Assembly: GCA_042218325.1 (NCBI GenBank) | Contig: JBDGRE010000001.1 | Coordinates: 144,990 to 208,989 of the forward strand | From: Candidatus Nanohaloarchaea archaeon | GTDB taxonomy: Archaea; Nanohalarchaeota; Nanosalinia; Nanosalinales; Nanosalinaceae | Direction of reading: 5' to 3' | Length of the DNA stretch: 64,000 bases | Shown here: positions 38,178 to 49,026 of the stretch, in pieces | How positions within the stretch are numbered: position 1 is the stretch's first letter | Layout of the letters: each line of letters opens with the position of its first letter | Notes under the pieces: model-generated | The model's database searches: none | Told to the model about the DNA's origin: nothing | What the model saw: the letters and a program-made list of their open reading frames with translations, nothing else | Translations under genes and position numbers: made by a program

Positions 38178-39281
38178 TTAGGGTACCAGCTCCGTGAAGT
38201 TCTCTTTGAACTCCTCGTAGTACTCGGGCTTCATCGACGCGCCCGCGGCCTTTCTGTGGCCTCCTGCCTCCGCTCCCTCTTCTACCGCCTCTTCCGGCAG
38301 CGCCTGCTGCATCAGGTCGCCGAGGTCAACCCTTCCGGATTGACACCGTGCCGAGATGTTGACTTCGTCTTCGTCCTTCTGCACCACGAGATGTATCCAC
38401 TCTGGTGTCTTGGTCGACTTGTTGGTCGCTATCGACGAGGTGATGTGGAAGTCGCTTTCGAGGTCGAAGAATATTATCATCTTCTCCCTGTCGATCTCCC
38501 GGTCCTCGTCGTAGTCCTCCACCGCTCTATTGAACTCATCCTGCATCTCGAGGTAGACCTCGTAGACCTGGCGGTACTCCTCCTGTGCCTCCAGCTCCTT
38601 CAGGTCCTCCGATTTCATCAGGGCCTGGTAGGCGAGCTTCGCGAAGTGCGCCGAGTCGCGGTACGGCTTGATGTTCAGTACGCTCGAGTACCGGCCGTAC
38701 TCGCAGTTCTTCGCGAGCTGCTGCTGTGAAAGCTCTTCAGGAAGGTACTTGTCGTACTCCTCCGCCAGTTCCTCGAATAGCTCCGGGCAGGAGTCGACGC
38801 CGAAGTCCTGGATAACCCCGAGTCCCGCTATCCACCGGACGTCGTCCTCGATGCCGAATTTGGAGGCGATGTCCAGGCAGATCTTGCTGCAGGGCACGTA
38901 GTCCTCCTCGTGCTCGATACGTGGATTGACGAAGGGTACGTCCGGGACGCGGTCGAATGTGTGATGGTCGACCACGAGCACCTCGAGGTCGAAGTCTTGG
39001 TCGATGGATTCCAGCTCGTCCGCCCCGAGGTTGAAGTCCAGCACGATGAGCCTGTCCGTTTCCTCGAGCTTTTCGTGGTCCTCTTCGCCGAGGTGGTAGG
39101 CCCGGGTGTGAGGTATCATGACCTCCTCTGCGGGTTCGCCCCTGACTTCCTCCAGTATCTTGGATGTGATGACCGCTGACGAGCTGCCGTCCATGTCCCA
39201 GTGGTGGATGATGGTGACGTGGTCGTCCTCGCCCACGTTTTCGAGATAGTCTATAGCTGGCTGTAGTTCTTTCTGTTGCAT
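38178..39281 (-). CDS. DHH/DHHA1 phosphoesterase (RecJ-like)
   Basis: HWDMDG, VLD, VDHH, NP, ISAR, GGHRKAAG. Confidence 0.9.
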   Translation of the reverse strand: MQQKELQPAIDYLENVGEDDHVTIIHHWDMDGSSSAVITSKILEEVRGEPAEEVMIPHTRAYHLGEEDHEKLEETDRLIVLDFNLGADELESIDQDFDLEVLVVDHHTFDRVPDVPFVNPRIEHEEDYVPCSKICLDIASKFGIEDDVRWIAGLGVIQDFGVDSCPELFEELAEEYDKYLPEELSQQQLAKNCEYGRYSSVLNIKPYRDSAHFAKLAYQALMKSEDLKELEAQEEYRQVYEVYLEMQDEFNRAVEDYDEDREIDREKMIIFFDLESDFHITSSIATNKSTKTPEWIHLVVQKDEDEVNISARCQSGRVDLGDLMQQALPEEAVEEGAEAGGHRKAAGASMKPEYYEEFKENFTELVP

Positions 39282-39286
39282 AGTAT

Positions 39287-42200
39287 CTATTTGACCGGCT
39301 CCGAGAAGCTGAACTGAATTTTCCTGCCCCTGAACTCGACCTCGCCGCCGTGCTCGTGCTCCTCACCGCTGTAATTTATCTCCGAGACGTTCACGCGGCT
39401 CTCCACGCGGTCCTCGAACCTTTCGACCGCATCCGTGTCGCCGGAGAAGCTGAGTTTCACGCGGTCCTCCACATCGAGGCCCGCCTCCTTCCTCTGCTGC
39501 TGGATCGCGCGGACGACCTCGTTGGCGAACGCCTCGTCGAGCAGATCCTCTGTTCTCTCTGTGTCGAGGTATACTGCCCCGCTGGAGAACTCCTCGCCCT
39601 CCATGCCCTCGGGAATCGAGGTCCGGACGTCGAACATCTCCGGTCCGAGCGCGTTGCCGGCGAGCTCCACTTCCTCGCCGTCCTCTATCCTGGAGGCCAG
39701 CTCGTCGTGGTCCTCTTCCGCGAGCGCCTGCTCGACCTCGCCGACCGCGCCGCCAAGCTCCGGGCCGGCTTTCTGGTAATCCAGCTTCACGGTGTGGTCG
39801 AGGTCCATCTGCTCGAACTCGACCTCCTTCGCGTTCAGCCGGTTCTCCATCAGCTCTTCCAGCCTGTCGACCGCCTCCTCGACGTTTTCGTCGCCGCTGA
39901 CGGTCACCTTCTTGACTGGGTGGCGGAGGCTGATACCGTTCTCCTGGCGCAGCCTAGCGACAGCCTCCTCGATATCCTGGTAGATATCCATAGATAGCTC
40001 CAGTTCTTCGTCCACCACCTCTTCATCTATCTCCGGCATCTCCTCCAGGTGGACTGTTTCTTCCTCGTAGAGGTAGTCTGCGAGGAACGGTGTGAACGGC
40101 GCAAGCACCTTGAGCAGCTGTTCTGTTACGTGACGGAGCGTCCACTCAGCCGCCTTTCTGTCATCGCCGTCGTAACCCGGTCTCAGCCGGTCGCGCACCA
40201 TCTTGACGTAGCCGCGGGAGAGGTCGTTCTTGGTGAAGTTCTCCACCAGTTCCGCGGCCCTGTATCCCTCGTAGCGTGGCTCCGTCGAGGCTTCTTTGAC
40301 CTCCTTCACGAGCGTGTTGAGCCGGGAGATTATCCACCGGTCCTCCAGCTCAAGCTCATCCGGTCTTTCCACTTCCTCGGTGTAGGTGTCACGGTAGTTG
40401 TACGTGTTCCAGAGGATGTTCATGAAGTCGAGGTTCTCCTCCATCTCGTCCCATTGGAAGCTCCAATCCTCGCTCGGGTCCTTAGATATTATGTAGAACC
40501 TCAAGATGTCGCGGCCGTACTTCTCGATCGCCTCCTCAGGGGATACGACGATTCCCTTCGACTTGGACATCTCCTGTCCTTCGAGCATGACTTTTCCGTG
40601 GTAGATGACGTCGCGGAACGGTTTCTGGTCGTGGGTCATCATCGATGTGATGAACTGGCTGTTCCACCATCCACGTATCTGGTCGAATCCCTCCAGCTCT
40701 AGGTCGACAGGTCCTTCCTCCTCGAACGTGAAGTCGACCTCCGGGTTCTTCAGCGATGCCCACGGCGCGACCCCTGAGTCGAACCAGACGTCGAGCACGT
40801 CGGGAATCCTTTTCATCGTTCCGCCGCACTCGTCGCAGTCGAGCTTGACGCGGTCGATGTACGGTCGGTGCAGGTCATCTGGAACCTCCGGTAGCTCGTC
40901 CCTGCTTCCGATTACCCGGGTGTGGTCGCAGTCGTTGCATTCCCAGATGGGTAGCGGGATGCCCCAGTAGCGCTGCCTGGAGACGGGCCAGTCGCCGAGC
41001 TGCTCCAGCCATTCGTGGAACTTCTGGCCGGCCCAGTCCGGCACCCAGTTGACCTCGTCGTTAGCATCGATTAAATCTTCGCGGAACTGGGTGGCGCCGA
41101 AGAACCACTGCGGGACAGCGAGCTGGATGAGGGGAGTGTCGCATCTCCAGCACTTCGGGTACTCGTGGTGGAGCGTTCCCGAGTGCAGCAGCGCGCCTTT
41201 CTGTTCCAGGTCTTTCATGATTTCGTCGTCGGCGTCCTTTACGTGCATCCCCTCGTATTTCCCGGCGTCCTCGGTGTACTCGCCCTTCAGGTTAACAGGG
41301 TTAAACAGCGGCAGGTCCTCCTCCTTCCCGACCTCGTAGTCCTCCTGTCCGTGTCCCGGTGCGGAGTGGACCAGGCCGGTGCCCTCGTCTAGCGTGACGT
41401 ACCGCTCGGAGAGCACGACCTTTCCTGTGATGTCCTTCTGCTGGTCGACCTCTTCCTTCAGAGGGTTCTGGTACGTCTTTCCCTCGAGCTCGTCGCCGCT
41501 GACCTCTTCGAGTATCTCGTAGCTGTCGACACCGAACTTCGCCATCAGGTCGTCGACCAGTTCTGACGCCATCCATACCTTCCGGCCGTTGAAAGATACG
41601 AGGGAGTACTGGAACTCCGGGTTGACCATGATGCCGGTGTTCGACGGGATGGTCCACGGCGTCGTAGTATAGATAAGGAACTCCTCGTCAGAGTCTTCCG
41701 CGGGCATCGTGACGTACACGGTCGGGTCGGTCAGATCGGTGTACTCTATCTCGTTGTACGCCACCGCTGTCTCGCAACGGGAGCAGACGTGAACGCTGTA
41801 CCTGTCCTTGTAGAGGTAGCCTTTCTCGTACGCCTTCGCGAACGTCTCCCAGGCGCCCTCGATGTAGTAGTTGTGGTAGGTGACGTACGGGTTCTCCCAG
41901 TCCATCCAGACGCCCATGTCGTTGAAGTCGTGGTTCATCTCGTCGATGTGCTGGTCGACGAATTCTCTGCAGCGCTCGACGAAGTTATCGACGCCGAAGT
42001 CCTCGATGTCCTGCTTCTTCTCGAAGCCTTCCTCTTCCTCGACCTTGTTCTCGATGGGGAGACCGTGAACATCGTAACCCGGCTGCGCATGAACGTCGTA
42101 ACCCAGCATCCGGTGGAACCGCAGGTAGTAGTCCTTCAGTATCTTGTTCATACCGGTCCCCATGTGGATAGAGCCGGTCGCGTATGGCGGACCGTCGAGG

Positions 42201-42313
42201 AAGTAGAAACTTTCCGAGCCCTCGTTCTGCTCCAGGACCTTCCGCCTGAGGTTCTTTTCTCTCCACTCACTGGAAACCTGTTCTTCGACTTCTTCAGGAT
42301 TGTACTGGGCCAT
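39287..42313 (-). CDS. ileS: isoleucine--tRNA ligase
   Basis: DGPPYATGSIHMGT, TTTPWT, GTGLVHSAPGHG, SRQRYWG, DVWFDSG, DQIRGW, EMSKSKG. Confidence 0.96.
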   Translation of the reverse strand: MAQYNPEEVEEQVSSEWREKNLRRKVLEQNEGSESFYFLDGPPYATGSIHMGTGMNKILKDYYLRFHRMLGYDVHAQPGYDVHGLPIENKVEEEEGFEKKQDIEDFGVDNFVERCREFVDQHIDEMNHDFNDMGVWMDWENPYVTYHNYYIEGAWETFAKAYEKGYLYKDRYSVHVCSRCETAVAYNEIEYTDLTDPTVYVTMPAEDSDEEFLIYTTTPWTIPSNTGIMVNPEFQYSLVSFNGRKVWMASELVDDLMAKFGVDSYEILEEVSGDELEGKTYQNPLKEEVDQQKDITGKVVLSERYVTLDEGTGLVHSAPGHGQEDYEVGKEEDLPLFNPVNLKGEYTEDAGKYEGMHVKDADDEIMKDLEQKGALLHSGTLHHEYPKCWRCDTPLIQLAVPQWFFGATQFREDLIDANDEVNWVPDWAGQKFHEWLEQLGDWPVSRQRYWGIPLPIWECNDCDHTRVIGSRDELPEVPDDLHRPYIDRVKLDCDECGGTMKRIPDVLDVWFDSGVAPWASLKNPEVDFTFEEEGPVDLELEGFDQIRGWWNSQFITSMMTHDQKPFRDVIYHGKVMLEGQEMSKSKGIVVSPEEAIEKYGRDILRFYIISKDPSEDWSFQWDEMEENLDFMNILWNTYNYRDTYTEEVERPDELELEDRWIISRLNTLVKEVKEASTEPRYEGYRAAELVENFTKNDLSRGYVKMVRDRLRPGYDGDDRKAAEWTLRHVTEQLLKVLAPFTPFLADYLYEEETVHLEEMPEIDEEVVDEELELSMDIYQDIEEAVARLRQENGISLRHPVKKVTVSGDENVEEAVDRLEELMENRLNAKEVEFEQMDLDHTVKLDYQKAGPELGGAVGEVEQALAEEDHDELASRIEDGEEVELAGNALGPEMFDVRTSIPEGMEGEEFSSGAVYLDTERTEDLLDEAFANEVVRAIQQQRKEAGLDVEDRVKLSFSGDTDAVERFEDRVESRVNVSEINYSGEEHEHGGEVEFRGRKIQFSFSEPVK

Positions 42314-42357
42314 GTTCTTGAGCAGGCAAATGAAAGTTAAAAGGATTGCCGGCAGGT

Positions 42358-42810
42358 CTACAGCTTCTTCTCCATCCTGAATACTTTCAGTTCCTCGCCC
42401 CCGGTCTCGTACATCTCGGCTCCGAGGTTTTCGAATCCTTTCTTCTCATAGAAGCCCTTGGCGGTAACAGTCGAGTGACACCAGAGTTCCTTTAGTCCTC
42501 GCTCTCTCGCATCGCTCACTATTTTCTTCAGTAACTCTGTTGCAATTCCCTCACCTTGATGTTCGGGATGCACGTAGAGACCTGTTATCTCTCCGCTCTC
42601 CGGGTCATAATCCCCGAATCCTATTATTTCGCCGTTCTCCTCTGCAACCCAGCGCGGTCTGTCATCGTCTTCAGCATTGTCCGGGTCGTAGGTCAGCCAC
42701 GCCTCTATCTTCTCGTCAGAGTAATCTCTGGAGTTGACCTCCCGCACGGTTTTCTCGTGCATTTCCTCTTTCTCTTCCCGGTCATCTTCTGTATATTCTC
42801 TTATCTCCAT
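42358..42810 (-). CDS. GNAT N-acetyltransferase
   Basis: LYVHPEHQGEGIA, AKGFYEKKGF. Confidence 0.9.
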   Translation of the reverse strand: MEIREYTEDDREEKEEMHEKTVREVNSRDYSDEKIEAWLTYDPDNAEDDDRPRWVAEENGEIIGFGDYDPESGEITGLYVHPEHQGEGIATELLKKIVSDARERGLKELWCHSTVTAKGFYEKKGFENLGAEMYETGGEELKVFRMEKKL

Positions 42811-42823
42811 ACTGCTTTCACTT

Positions 42824-43615
42824 TCAGATTTGAGCCGACTCGAAGTCGCTCCAGACTTCGTAACCCTTCTCTCTGGCTGCTTCCTCAAGCTCTTCTGTGT
42901 GCATCTGGTTAAGGTGTTCGCTTATGTTGACCAGAACGGTTCTTTCAGCATCTACCTGTTCGATGTTTTCTTCTATTTCTTCTGTGTGTCCGTGACTCTC
43001 GGCACCGAACAGTTGTCCCTCCATCAAAGCAATATCGGCATCTTCATAGCAGTCCTCGTCTCCAGTGAGGTTGCGGACATCAGGCAGATATACTACCTTC
43101 GTATCCTCTTTCTGGATTACATAGCCTTGCGTTTCTTCTCCATGCTCAACCTCGAAAGCCTCTACTGCGACATCACCTATCTCCACTATATCTCCTGAAC
43201 CCATAATCTGGAACTTGATATTTTCGTTCCCGGCGATATGGCCCTGCTTCTCCTGAAGATGGTTCCAGGCAGTCTGGTTCCCGTATACTGATATTTCTCG
43301 TCCGTGCCAGCCGTTGTAGTCGAAATCCTCAGTATTCAGAACATGCTCCTCTATCGCGATATGATCAAGTTCACGGATTCCTGCGAAATGGTCAAAATGG
43401 TGGTGCGTAACAAAGAAAGCGTCGACTTTAAAGACCTCTACATCATGCATCTGCTCTTTGATCTCTGGACTCATCTCAAAAACCAGGGTGGCTTCATCTG
43501 TCTCAACCAGCAGGCCAGGTCTTCTTCTCCTCTCCGACTCCTGACAGTATTCGCAGTCACAGAGTGGAACAGGCATGCCTATGGCGTCACCAGAACCTAA
43601 CAGAGTTACTTTCAT
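42824..43615 (-). CDS. MBL-fold metallo-hydrolase (PhnP-like)
   Basis: LGSGDAIGMPVPLCDCEYC, THHHFDH, VEHG, SEH; start at MKVTLLG. Confidence 0.88.
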   Translation of the reverse strand: MKVTLLGSGDAIGMPVPLCDCEYCQESERRRRPGLLVETDEATLVFEMSPEIKEQMHDVEVFKVDAFFVTHHHFDHFAGIRELDHIAIEEHVLNTEDFDYNGWHGREISVYGNQTAWNHLQEKQGHIAGNENIKFQIMGSGDIVEIGDVAVEAFEVEHGEETQGYVIQKEDTKVVYLPDVRNLTGDEDCYEDADIALMEGQLFGAESHGHTEEIEENIEQVDAERTVLVNISEHLNQMHTEELEEAAREKGYEVWSDFESAQI

Positions 43616-43616
43616 A

Positions 43617-44345
43617 CTACCGCCACTCGAAGCTCTTGCCGTCCCAGTGGCCCTCTCCCTTGAGCTCGTCTTCATCTTCTTCGGCTTCCTGCTCCCGTTC
43701 TTCCCTCCCGCCTTTCTCTTCTTCTGCGGATCTGTTCTCTTCTTTATCTGCTTCTGGCTCTTCTTCCTGCTGTTTCTCTTCTCTGCCCTCTTCGTCGCTG
43801 ACCTCGTTGCGGTCCACGAGCCTTGAGCCGAAGCCGCCGTCGCTCTTCTCTTCCGTATGTCGCTGGCCTTCCGGGTGCGCCTTCTTGGGTGCGCCCGAGT
43901 CGAAGTCGACGGAAACAGACGACATCGACTCCTGTATCTCCTCGAGCTGCTGCTGCGCCTCCTCGTCCTGCGGGAATATAGCTCCGGTAGGTGTGCCGGC
44001 GTTCTCGTCATCCTTGAAACGCGGGAACACGGAGATGTACGCGTGCGGCAGCATCTGGCCGCCGGCCTCGCCGATGTTCATCGTAACCGAGGCACCGTCG
44101 GCGCCGAGACCTTTCTCTGCCTTCTCGATGACCTTCCTCACTACCGTCATCGCCTCGTCGTACTCCTCCGGTGTGAAGTCAAGCACCGACTCCTTGTGCT
44201 CCTTCGGTACGACCTGTGTGTGTCCTCTGGCCCGGGGCTGTATCTCCAGCCAGGCGTAGAAGTTCTCCGTCTCCGAAACCACGAGCAGCTGCTCGGGATT
44301 GTCTATCAGCTGGCAGTAGGGGCACTGGCCCTGTTGCTGCGGCAT
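43617..44345 (-). CDS. HIT family protein with acidic C-terminal tail
   Basis: [26 protein letters not shown]; histidine triad degenerate (HAYIS). Confidence 0.85.
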   Translation of the reverse strand: MPQQQGQCPYCQLIDNPEQLLVVSETENFYAWLEIQPRARGHTQVVPKEHKESVLDFTPEEYDEAMTVVRKVIEKAEKGLGADGASVTMNIGEAGGQMLPHAYISVFPRFKDDENAGTPTGAIFPQDEEAQQQLEEIQESMSSVSVDFDSGAPKKAHPEGQRHTEEKSDGGFGSRLVDRNEVSDEEGREEKQQEEEPEADKEENRSAEEEKGGREEREQEAEEDEDELKGEGHWDGKSFEWR

Positions 44346-44496
44346 ACCTATCTTGAAGGTTTCACCGGTTTTAACTGTCAGGGGTCGCTCTTTGCGGGCC
44401 GAAACCTTCCTCGAGCAGGGTCCGTTCTATCCTGCGGCCGCCTTTTATAAAGCTGAGCCTGCATCTTCTTACTACACTTTGAAGGTGCATTTCCAG

Positions 44497-44853
44497 ATGT
44501 CAGACGATTTTGACTCACAGTTCGACGACGATTTCGACGACGATTTTGAAACCGAGGAAGACGAGTTCGAGGACGACTTCGACGACGAAGAGGAAGAGGT
44601 CCAGGAAGAGCCGGAAGAAGAGGAATCCTTCGAGGCTTCCGAAGAGGAAGAAGAGGAGGAAGACTTCGACAAGCCGGTCTCGGAGGGCGAGACAGTAGAA
44701 GTAGAAATCGAAGACCTCGGCTCGAAAGGCGACGGGATCGCCAGGGTAGAAGGCTTCGTAGTCTTCGTGCCCGGCGGAGAAGTCGGCGAGAGCTACGACG
44801 TAGAGGTCACCTCTGTCGGCCGCAAGTTCGCCTTCGCGGAGATCGTCGACTAA
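44497..44853 (+). CDS. TRAM-domain RNA-binding protein with acidic N-terminus
   Basis: [25 protein letters not shown]...FAFAE; T-rich terminator. Confidence 0.9.
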   Translation: MSDDFDSQFDDDFDDDFETEEDEFEDDFDDEEEEVQEEPEEEESFEASEEEEEEEDFDKPVSEGETVEVEIEDLGSKGDGIARVEGFVVFVPGGEVGESYDVEVTSVGRKFAFAEIVD

Positions 44854-44893
44854 CGGGCGGCTTTTTACCTTTTCCCTTTCCATTTTCCTTTCT

Positions 44894-45478
44894 ATGAAAC
44901 CATCCAGGATAGCTGTACCGGTTATCGCGGTCGCTATAGTCGCTGGTTTCCTGCTGGCCTCCCAGCCCCGGTTGATAGAGAAGCCGGAGCTACAGAGCTG
45001 GACGCCAGGAGACATGAATCCAGGCCAGGCGGAAAACGAGACCGTTGATAGCCCGAACTCGAGCTTCGAGTACGGCTCGGCCCATGAGCACGCGCTGTTC
45101 TACGTGGTCGTGAACGGGACGCCGCTCGACTTCACCGCGGACCGGTACGAGCTCAACTCCCGGTACGTGCACCTTGAGGCCGACCAGTCCCGGATAGTCC
45201 ACAAACACGCGAAAGGCGTTACCTGGAGCTACTTCCTCGACACCATCAACGCCTCGGTAAGTCGTGGTGAAGAATTATGTTTCACACGGTTCGATGAGAG
45301 ATACTGTGGCAACGGTACAGTGGCCTTCAAGGGTCCTGAAGACCTCGGTTCAGAGATACAGCAGGGCGATAAACTGGTGATAGTGATAGGAGGAGACGTG
45401 AACTCGACCGTGAGCGAATACCTGGAGAAGGAGCTGCCGGAGAGTTTCAGGCCGCAGACGCCGGGACGCAGGGTGTGA
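44894..45478 (+). CDS. membrane-anchored His-motif hypothetical protein
   Basis: N-terminal TM; HEHA, VHLE and VHKH motifs; Cys pair. Confidence 0.7.
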   Translation: MKPSRIAVPVIAVAIVAGFLLASQPRLIEKPELQSWTPGDMNPGQAENETVDSPNSSFEYGSAHEHALFYVVVNGTPLDFTADRYELNSRYVHLEADQSRIVHKHAKGVTWSYFLDTINASVSRGEELCFTRFDERYCGNGTVAFKGPEDLGSEIQQGDKLVIVIGGDVNSTVSEYLEKELPESFRPQTPGRRV

Positions 45479-45482
45479 CGTG

Positions 45483-46630
45483 ATGCGGTACGTCCTTGTC
45501 AGGTACAGTGATATAGGCACGAAGTCGAGGCCTGTCAGGAAACGCATGCAGCACGTTTTGAGACAGCGCGTCCAGGACAGGCTGCGATACGAGGAGATGG
45601 AGCCGGAAAAAGTGTCCTCACAGCCCGGCAGGATAATCGTGGAGTTCGAGGATGCACCGGAGGCTTCCAGTACCATAGCTGAGCTGCCGGGCGTGGCCTC
45701 GACATCGTCAGCTTTCAGGGTTGATGCCGAGTTAGAGGCGATGAAAGACGCCGCCGAAAGGTTCGAGTACGGTGATACCTTCGGGGTCGACGCGAACCGG
45801 GCCAGGGAACACAGCTTCGACAGCCAGCAGGTGAAAGAGCAGCTCGGCGAACACGTCCAGGAGGGGACGGGTGCGGAGGTCGACCTCGACAGGCCTGAAA
45901 CTCTGCTTGAGGTGGATATCAGGAACGAGGACGCCTACCTGTTCACGCAGCGTTTCGAGGGGCCTGGCGGCCTCCCTGTCGGGACACAGGACCAGCTCGC
46001 GGCGCTTATCAGCGGCGGTATCGATTCACCGGTCGCAGCGTTCGAGGTGATGAAACGCGGGGCTGACATACTGCCGGTATACTTCTACGATAAACCTGTA
46101 GCGGCGGAAGACCACCTTCTAAGGTTCGAATCCTCGGTGCAGAAACTGGCGAGGTTCCATCCTGGTAAGGACTGGGATTACTACCGCGTCGACATGGAGG
46201 AGGTAAACCGCGAGCTCATGAAGGTCGGTAGGGGCAGGATGGTACTGCACCGCATCGTGATGTTCCGCGCCGCCGCCCGGATAGCGGAAAAGGAAGGTCT
46301 TCCCGGGATCGTTACTGGTGAGGCGCTCGGCCAGAAATCCTCGCAGACCCTCTCCAACCTTGACCTGACCTCGTCGCAGGCAGGTAAGACGATTCACCGG
46401 CCCCCGTTCTCGTGGAACAAGGAGGAGATAACCCGGAAGGCGAGGGAGATAGGCACCTACGAGGACGCGAAGATAGCCTCCGCCTGCAGCACTATGGCTC
46501 CGGATAACCTGCCACCCGGCTCAGCGAGAAAGACTTCGAGGAACTTGTGGCGAAGATCGATATCGGTTCGCTGGTGGAGAAGGCGGTCGCTTCCGCCGAG
46601 AAATGTAGTCTCGACCACCGTAAAGGTTAA
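45483..46630 (+). CDS. thiI: tRNA 4-thiouridine synthase (THUMP plus PP-loop), frameshift near the C-terminus
   Basis: VRYSDIGTKS, GPGGLPVG, LISGGIDSPVA, TGEALGQKSSQT; an extra C at ~46508 gives NPATRLSEKDF... ending TAA 46630. Confidence 0.9.
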
Positions 46631-46656
46631 ATAGGCTGCGGGTCCGCAGGAACAAT

Positions 46657-46944
46657 ATGTCTATACAGGAGCGCAGAGAGGAAGCGGAGGCTGTACTGGA
46701 CTCCGCCGAGATGATGCTCGAGACCTACCCTGGTGCGGGCGAGAAAGCACGCGAACTCGAGGGAAAGATAAATGAGCTCGAGCAGGAGCTGCAGGACCCG
46801 GAGTCGGAGGCGAAGCTTAGAGAGCTGATCAACGATATCCGGGACCTGATGGAGGACATGAAGGACGAGCCGATGGAACCCGACATGGGGCCCGAGGAAG
46901 AGATGGGCGGCATGGGCCCGGGAGACGACATGCCTCCGATTTAG
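46657..46944 (+). CDS. small acidic helical protein
   Basis: ORF 25-30 nt after TTAAATA; GM/P-rich tail. Confidence 0.65.
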   Translation: MSIQERREEAEAVLDSAEMMLETYPGAGEKARELEGKINELEQELQDPESEAKLRELINDIRDLMEDMKDEPMEPDMGPEEEMGGMGPGDDMPPI

Positions 46945-47065
46945 GACTCCTCGATTTCTCTTGCCCGGCGGAAGGATATTCTTCGACACCTCTACTAGAA
47001 ATCTTTTTATCCGGCCAGGACCAACTATCTTCACATTCTTTCCTGTAAAGGAGGGGCGGAGAAGC

Positions 47066-48055
47066 ATGGAAGTAGCGTGGTTCGATACCGACGGCTGGGA
47101 GGAAGAATACTTCAAGGGCCGCGACACGGGCATGGACATCGACTTCTATGACCAGCCTCTCGACAGCGAAAACGTCGAGAAAGCAGAGGGTTACGACGCC
47201 GTCTCTGTGTTCGTAACCTCCCGTATAGACGAAGAGGTGGTGCAGCAGCTGGACTGCAACCTTATCGCATGCCGCTCCACAGGTTACGACCACGTCGCCG
47301 TAGAGAAGGCCGCTGAGCAGGGCATACCGGTGTGCAACGTCCCGGAGTACGGAGGAACTACCGTCGCGGAGCACACCTTCGGCCTTGTACTGGCGCTTTC
47401 ACGCAACATCTACACCGCCGTGGAAAAGGTGGAAGAAGGAGAGTTCGACCACGAGGGCCTCCGTGGCTTCGACCTGAAAGGCAAGAAACTCGGCGTCGTC
47501 GGCACAGGCGCCATCGGCAGGAACGTGATACGCATAGCCAACGGCTTCGACATGCACGTCATCGCGCACGACCCGCAGCCAGACAGGCAGGCCGCACACG
47601 AGCAGGGCTTCATGTACGTCTCGATGGAGGACCTTCTTTCGCAGTCTGACATCGTAACACTTCACTGCCCTCTCACCGACGAGACAGAGCACATGCTATC
47701 GGAGGACGAGTTCGAAATGATGGACGACACGTTACTGATCAACACCGCAAGAGGAGGACTGGTAGACCAGGAGGCCCTGATAGAGGCGCTCGAGGACGGG
47801 AACGTTAGGGCCGCGGGCCTCGACGTTCTCGAGGAGGAGTGCTACATCGAGGACGACATACGGTATCTCGACGAACTCGAGGAGAAATGTGATCCCCGTG
47901 TCATCCTGGAGGACCACATACTGATGGAACGCGAAGACGTCCTGGTAACGCCGCACAACGCGTTCAACTCCCGGGAGGCCATGCAGCGCATAGCCGAGAC
48001 TACGCTCGAGAACATCCGGACCAGCAGCAACGTTGTCAACTCTCCCTGGAACTGA
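47066..48055 (+). CDS. D-2-hydroxyacid dehydrogenase (D-lactate dehydrogenase-like)
   Basis: RSTGYDHV, VAEH, GTGAIG, LHCPL, INTARG, GLDVLEEE, TPHNAF. Confidence 0.92.
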   Translation: MEVAWFDTDGWEEEYFKGRDTGMDIDFYDQPLDSENVEKAEGYDAVSVFVTSRIDEEVVQQLDCNLIACRSTGYDHVAVEKAAEQGIPVCNVPEYGGTTVAEHTFGLVLALSRNIYTAVEKVEEGEFDHEGLRGFDLKGKKLGVVGTGAIGRNVIRIANGFDMHVIAHDPQPDRQAAHEQGFMYVSMEDLLSQSDIVTLHCPLTDETEHMLSEDEFEMMDDTLLINTARGGLVDQEALIEALEDGNVRAAGLDVLEEECYIEDDIRYLDELEEKCDPRVILEDHILMEREDVLVTPHNAFNSREAMQRIAETTLENIRTSSNVVNSPWN

Positions 48056-48581
48056 ACTTCCACATCAGCACGAGGATCGCGACCATCGCGGTGAGCGCCA
48101 TCATCGGTACGTTGATGTAGCCGAAGTAGAACGTGTACTCGGTCGAGCACGATACGGAGAGCACGGAGCAGCCGGCGGAGTGGAACTGCTGGATGCGCTG
48201 CACCATGTAGTGATACACCGATACCGGGATACCGGCCATCATCAGGGGTAGCACGTAGTCCTCGACGTCGAACCTCTTAAGGACGAGTGCAGTGCCGACC
48301 AGCAAGACGATGGGATAGATTGCTATCCGCTGGAACCAGCAAAGCCTGCAGGGGGTCCACCCGAGCACGTTGGACATGTACAGGCTTCCCGAGGTCGCTG
48401 TCAGTGCGAGCAGGAACGCCAGCTCCCGGTAACGCTCGCCTGTGAAGCGCTCCAGCCTTTCGAGGTACACACTCTTGAGTTCGAGACCGGTCTTCCCGAG
48501 AACGTACAGTATGAATCCTGAAAGCAGCAGGAGCTGGACCATCAGGGTGCCGTAGGCCAGCCCGCTCACGACCATACTCAT
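48036..48581 (-). CDS. disulfide bond formation protein (DsbB/BdbC family)
   Basis: GSLYMS, PCRLCWFQRIAIYP, second Cys pair, 4-5 TMs. Confidence 0.9.
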   Translation of the reverse strand: MSMVVSGLAYGTLMVQLLLLSGFILYVLGKTGLELKSVYLERLERFTGERYRELAFLLALTATSGSLYMSNVLGWTPCRLCWFQRIAIYPIVLLVGTALVLKRFDVEDYVLPLMMAGIPVSVYHYMVQRIQQFHSAGCSVLSVSCSTEYTFYFGYINVPMMALTAMVAILVLMWKFSSRES

Positions 48582-48627
48582 ACTCCTACAGACGCCGCCT
48601 GTATTGAAAACGGTTCTGGTACAGCTC

Positions 48628-48972
48628 TCAATCCAGCCGGAACAGGTGCGACTTGCAACCGCAGTCGCTGCATCCGAAACCGTTTACTGGCTCGCCCACC
48701 CGGGAAACCGCCTTCGCGAGCAGACACTCGAACTCGGAGCTTTCGGGCAGCACGAGGTAGTCTACAGGCTCGGCAGCGGAGGATAGATAGTCTATATGCC
48801 AGTGCTTTTTCCCGGCGCCGGAGAGATGCCGGCCAAGCCGCTTCTCGACCGAGTTCATCGCCGAGCCGGTGTACACGTAGATGCCCGGCGGGAACCTGAT
48901 TTTCCCGAGCGCTCCGACATGTATGGAAGCTTCCTCCTCCAGCCCAAGCATCAGGGCGTAGACCGCTTTCAC
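48628..48972 (-). CDS. GIY-YIG (DUF123/Uri-like) nuclease
   Basis: GIYVYTGSA, HWHIDYL, ECLLA, FGCSDCGCKSHL. Confidence 0.85.
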   Translation of the reverse strand: MKAVYALMLGLEEEASIHVGALGKIRFPPGIYVYTGSAMNSVEKRLGRHLSGAGKKHWHIDYLSSAAEPVDYLVLPESSEFECLLAKAVSRVGEPVNGFGCSDCGCKSHLFRLD

Positions 48973-49026
48973 GGTTTGAACAGTGTACCACAACAGACTA
49001 AATACCTCGTTCTCTCATCGTTGTTT

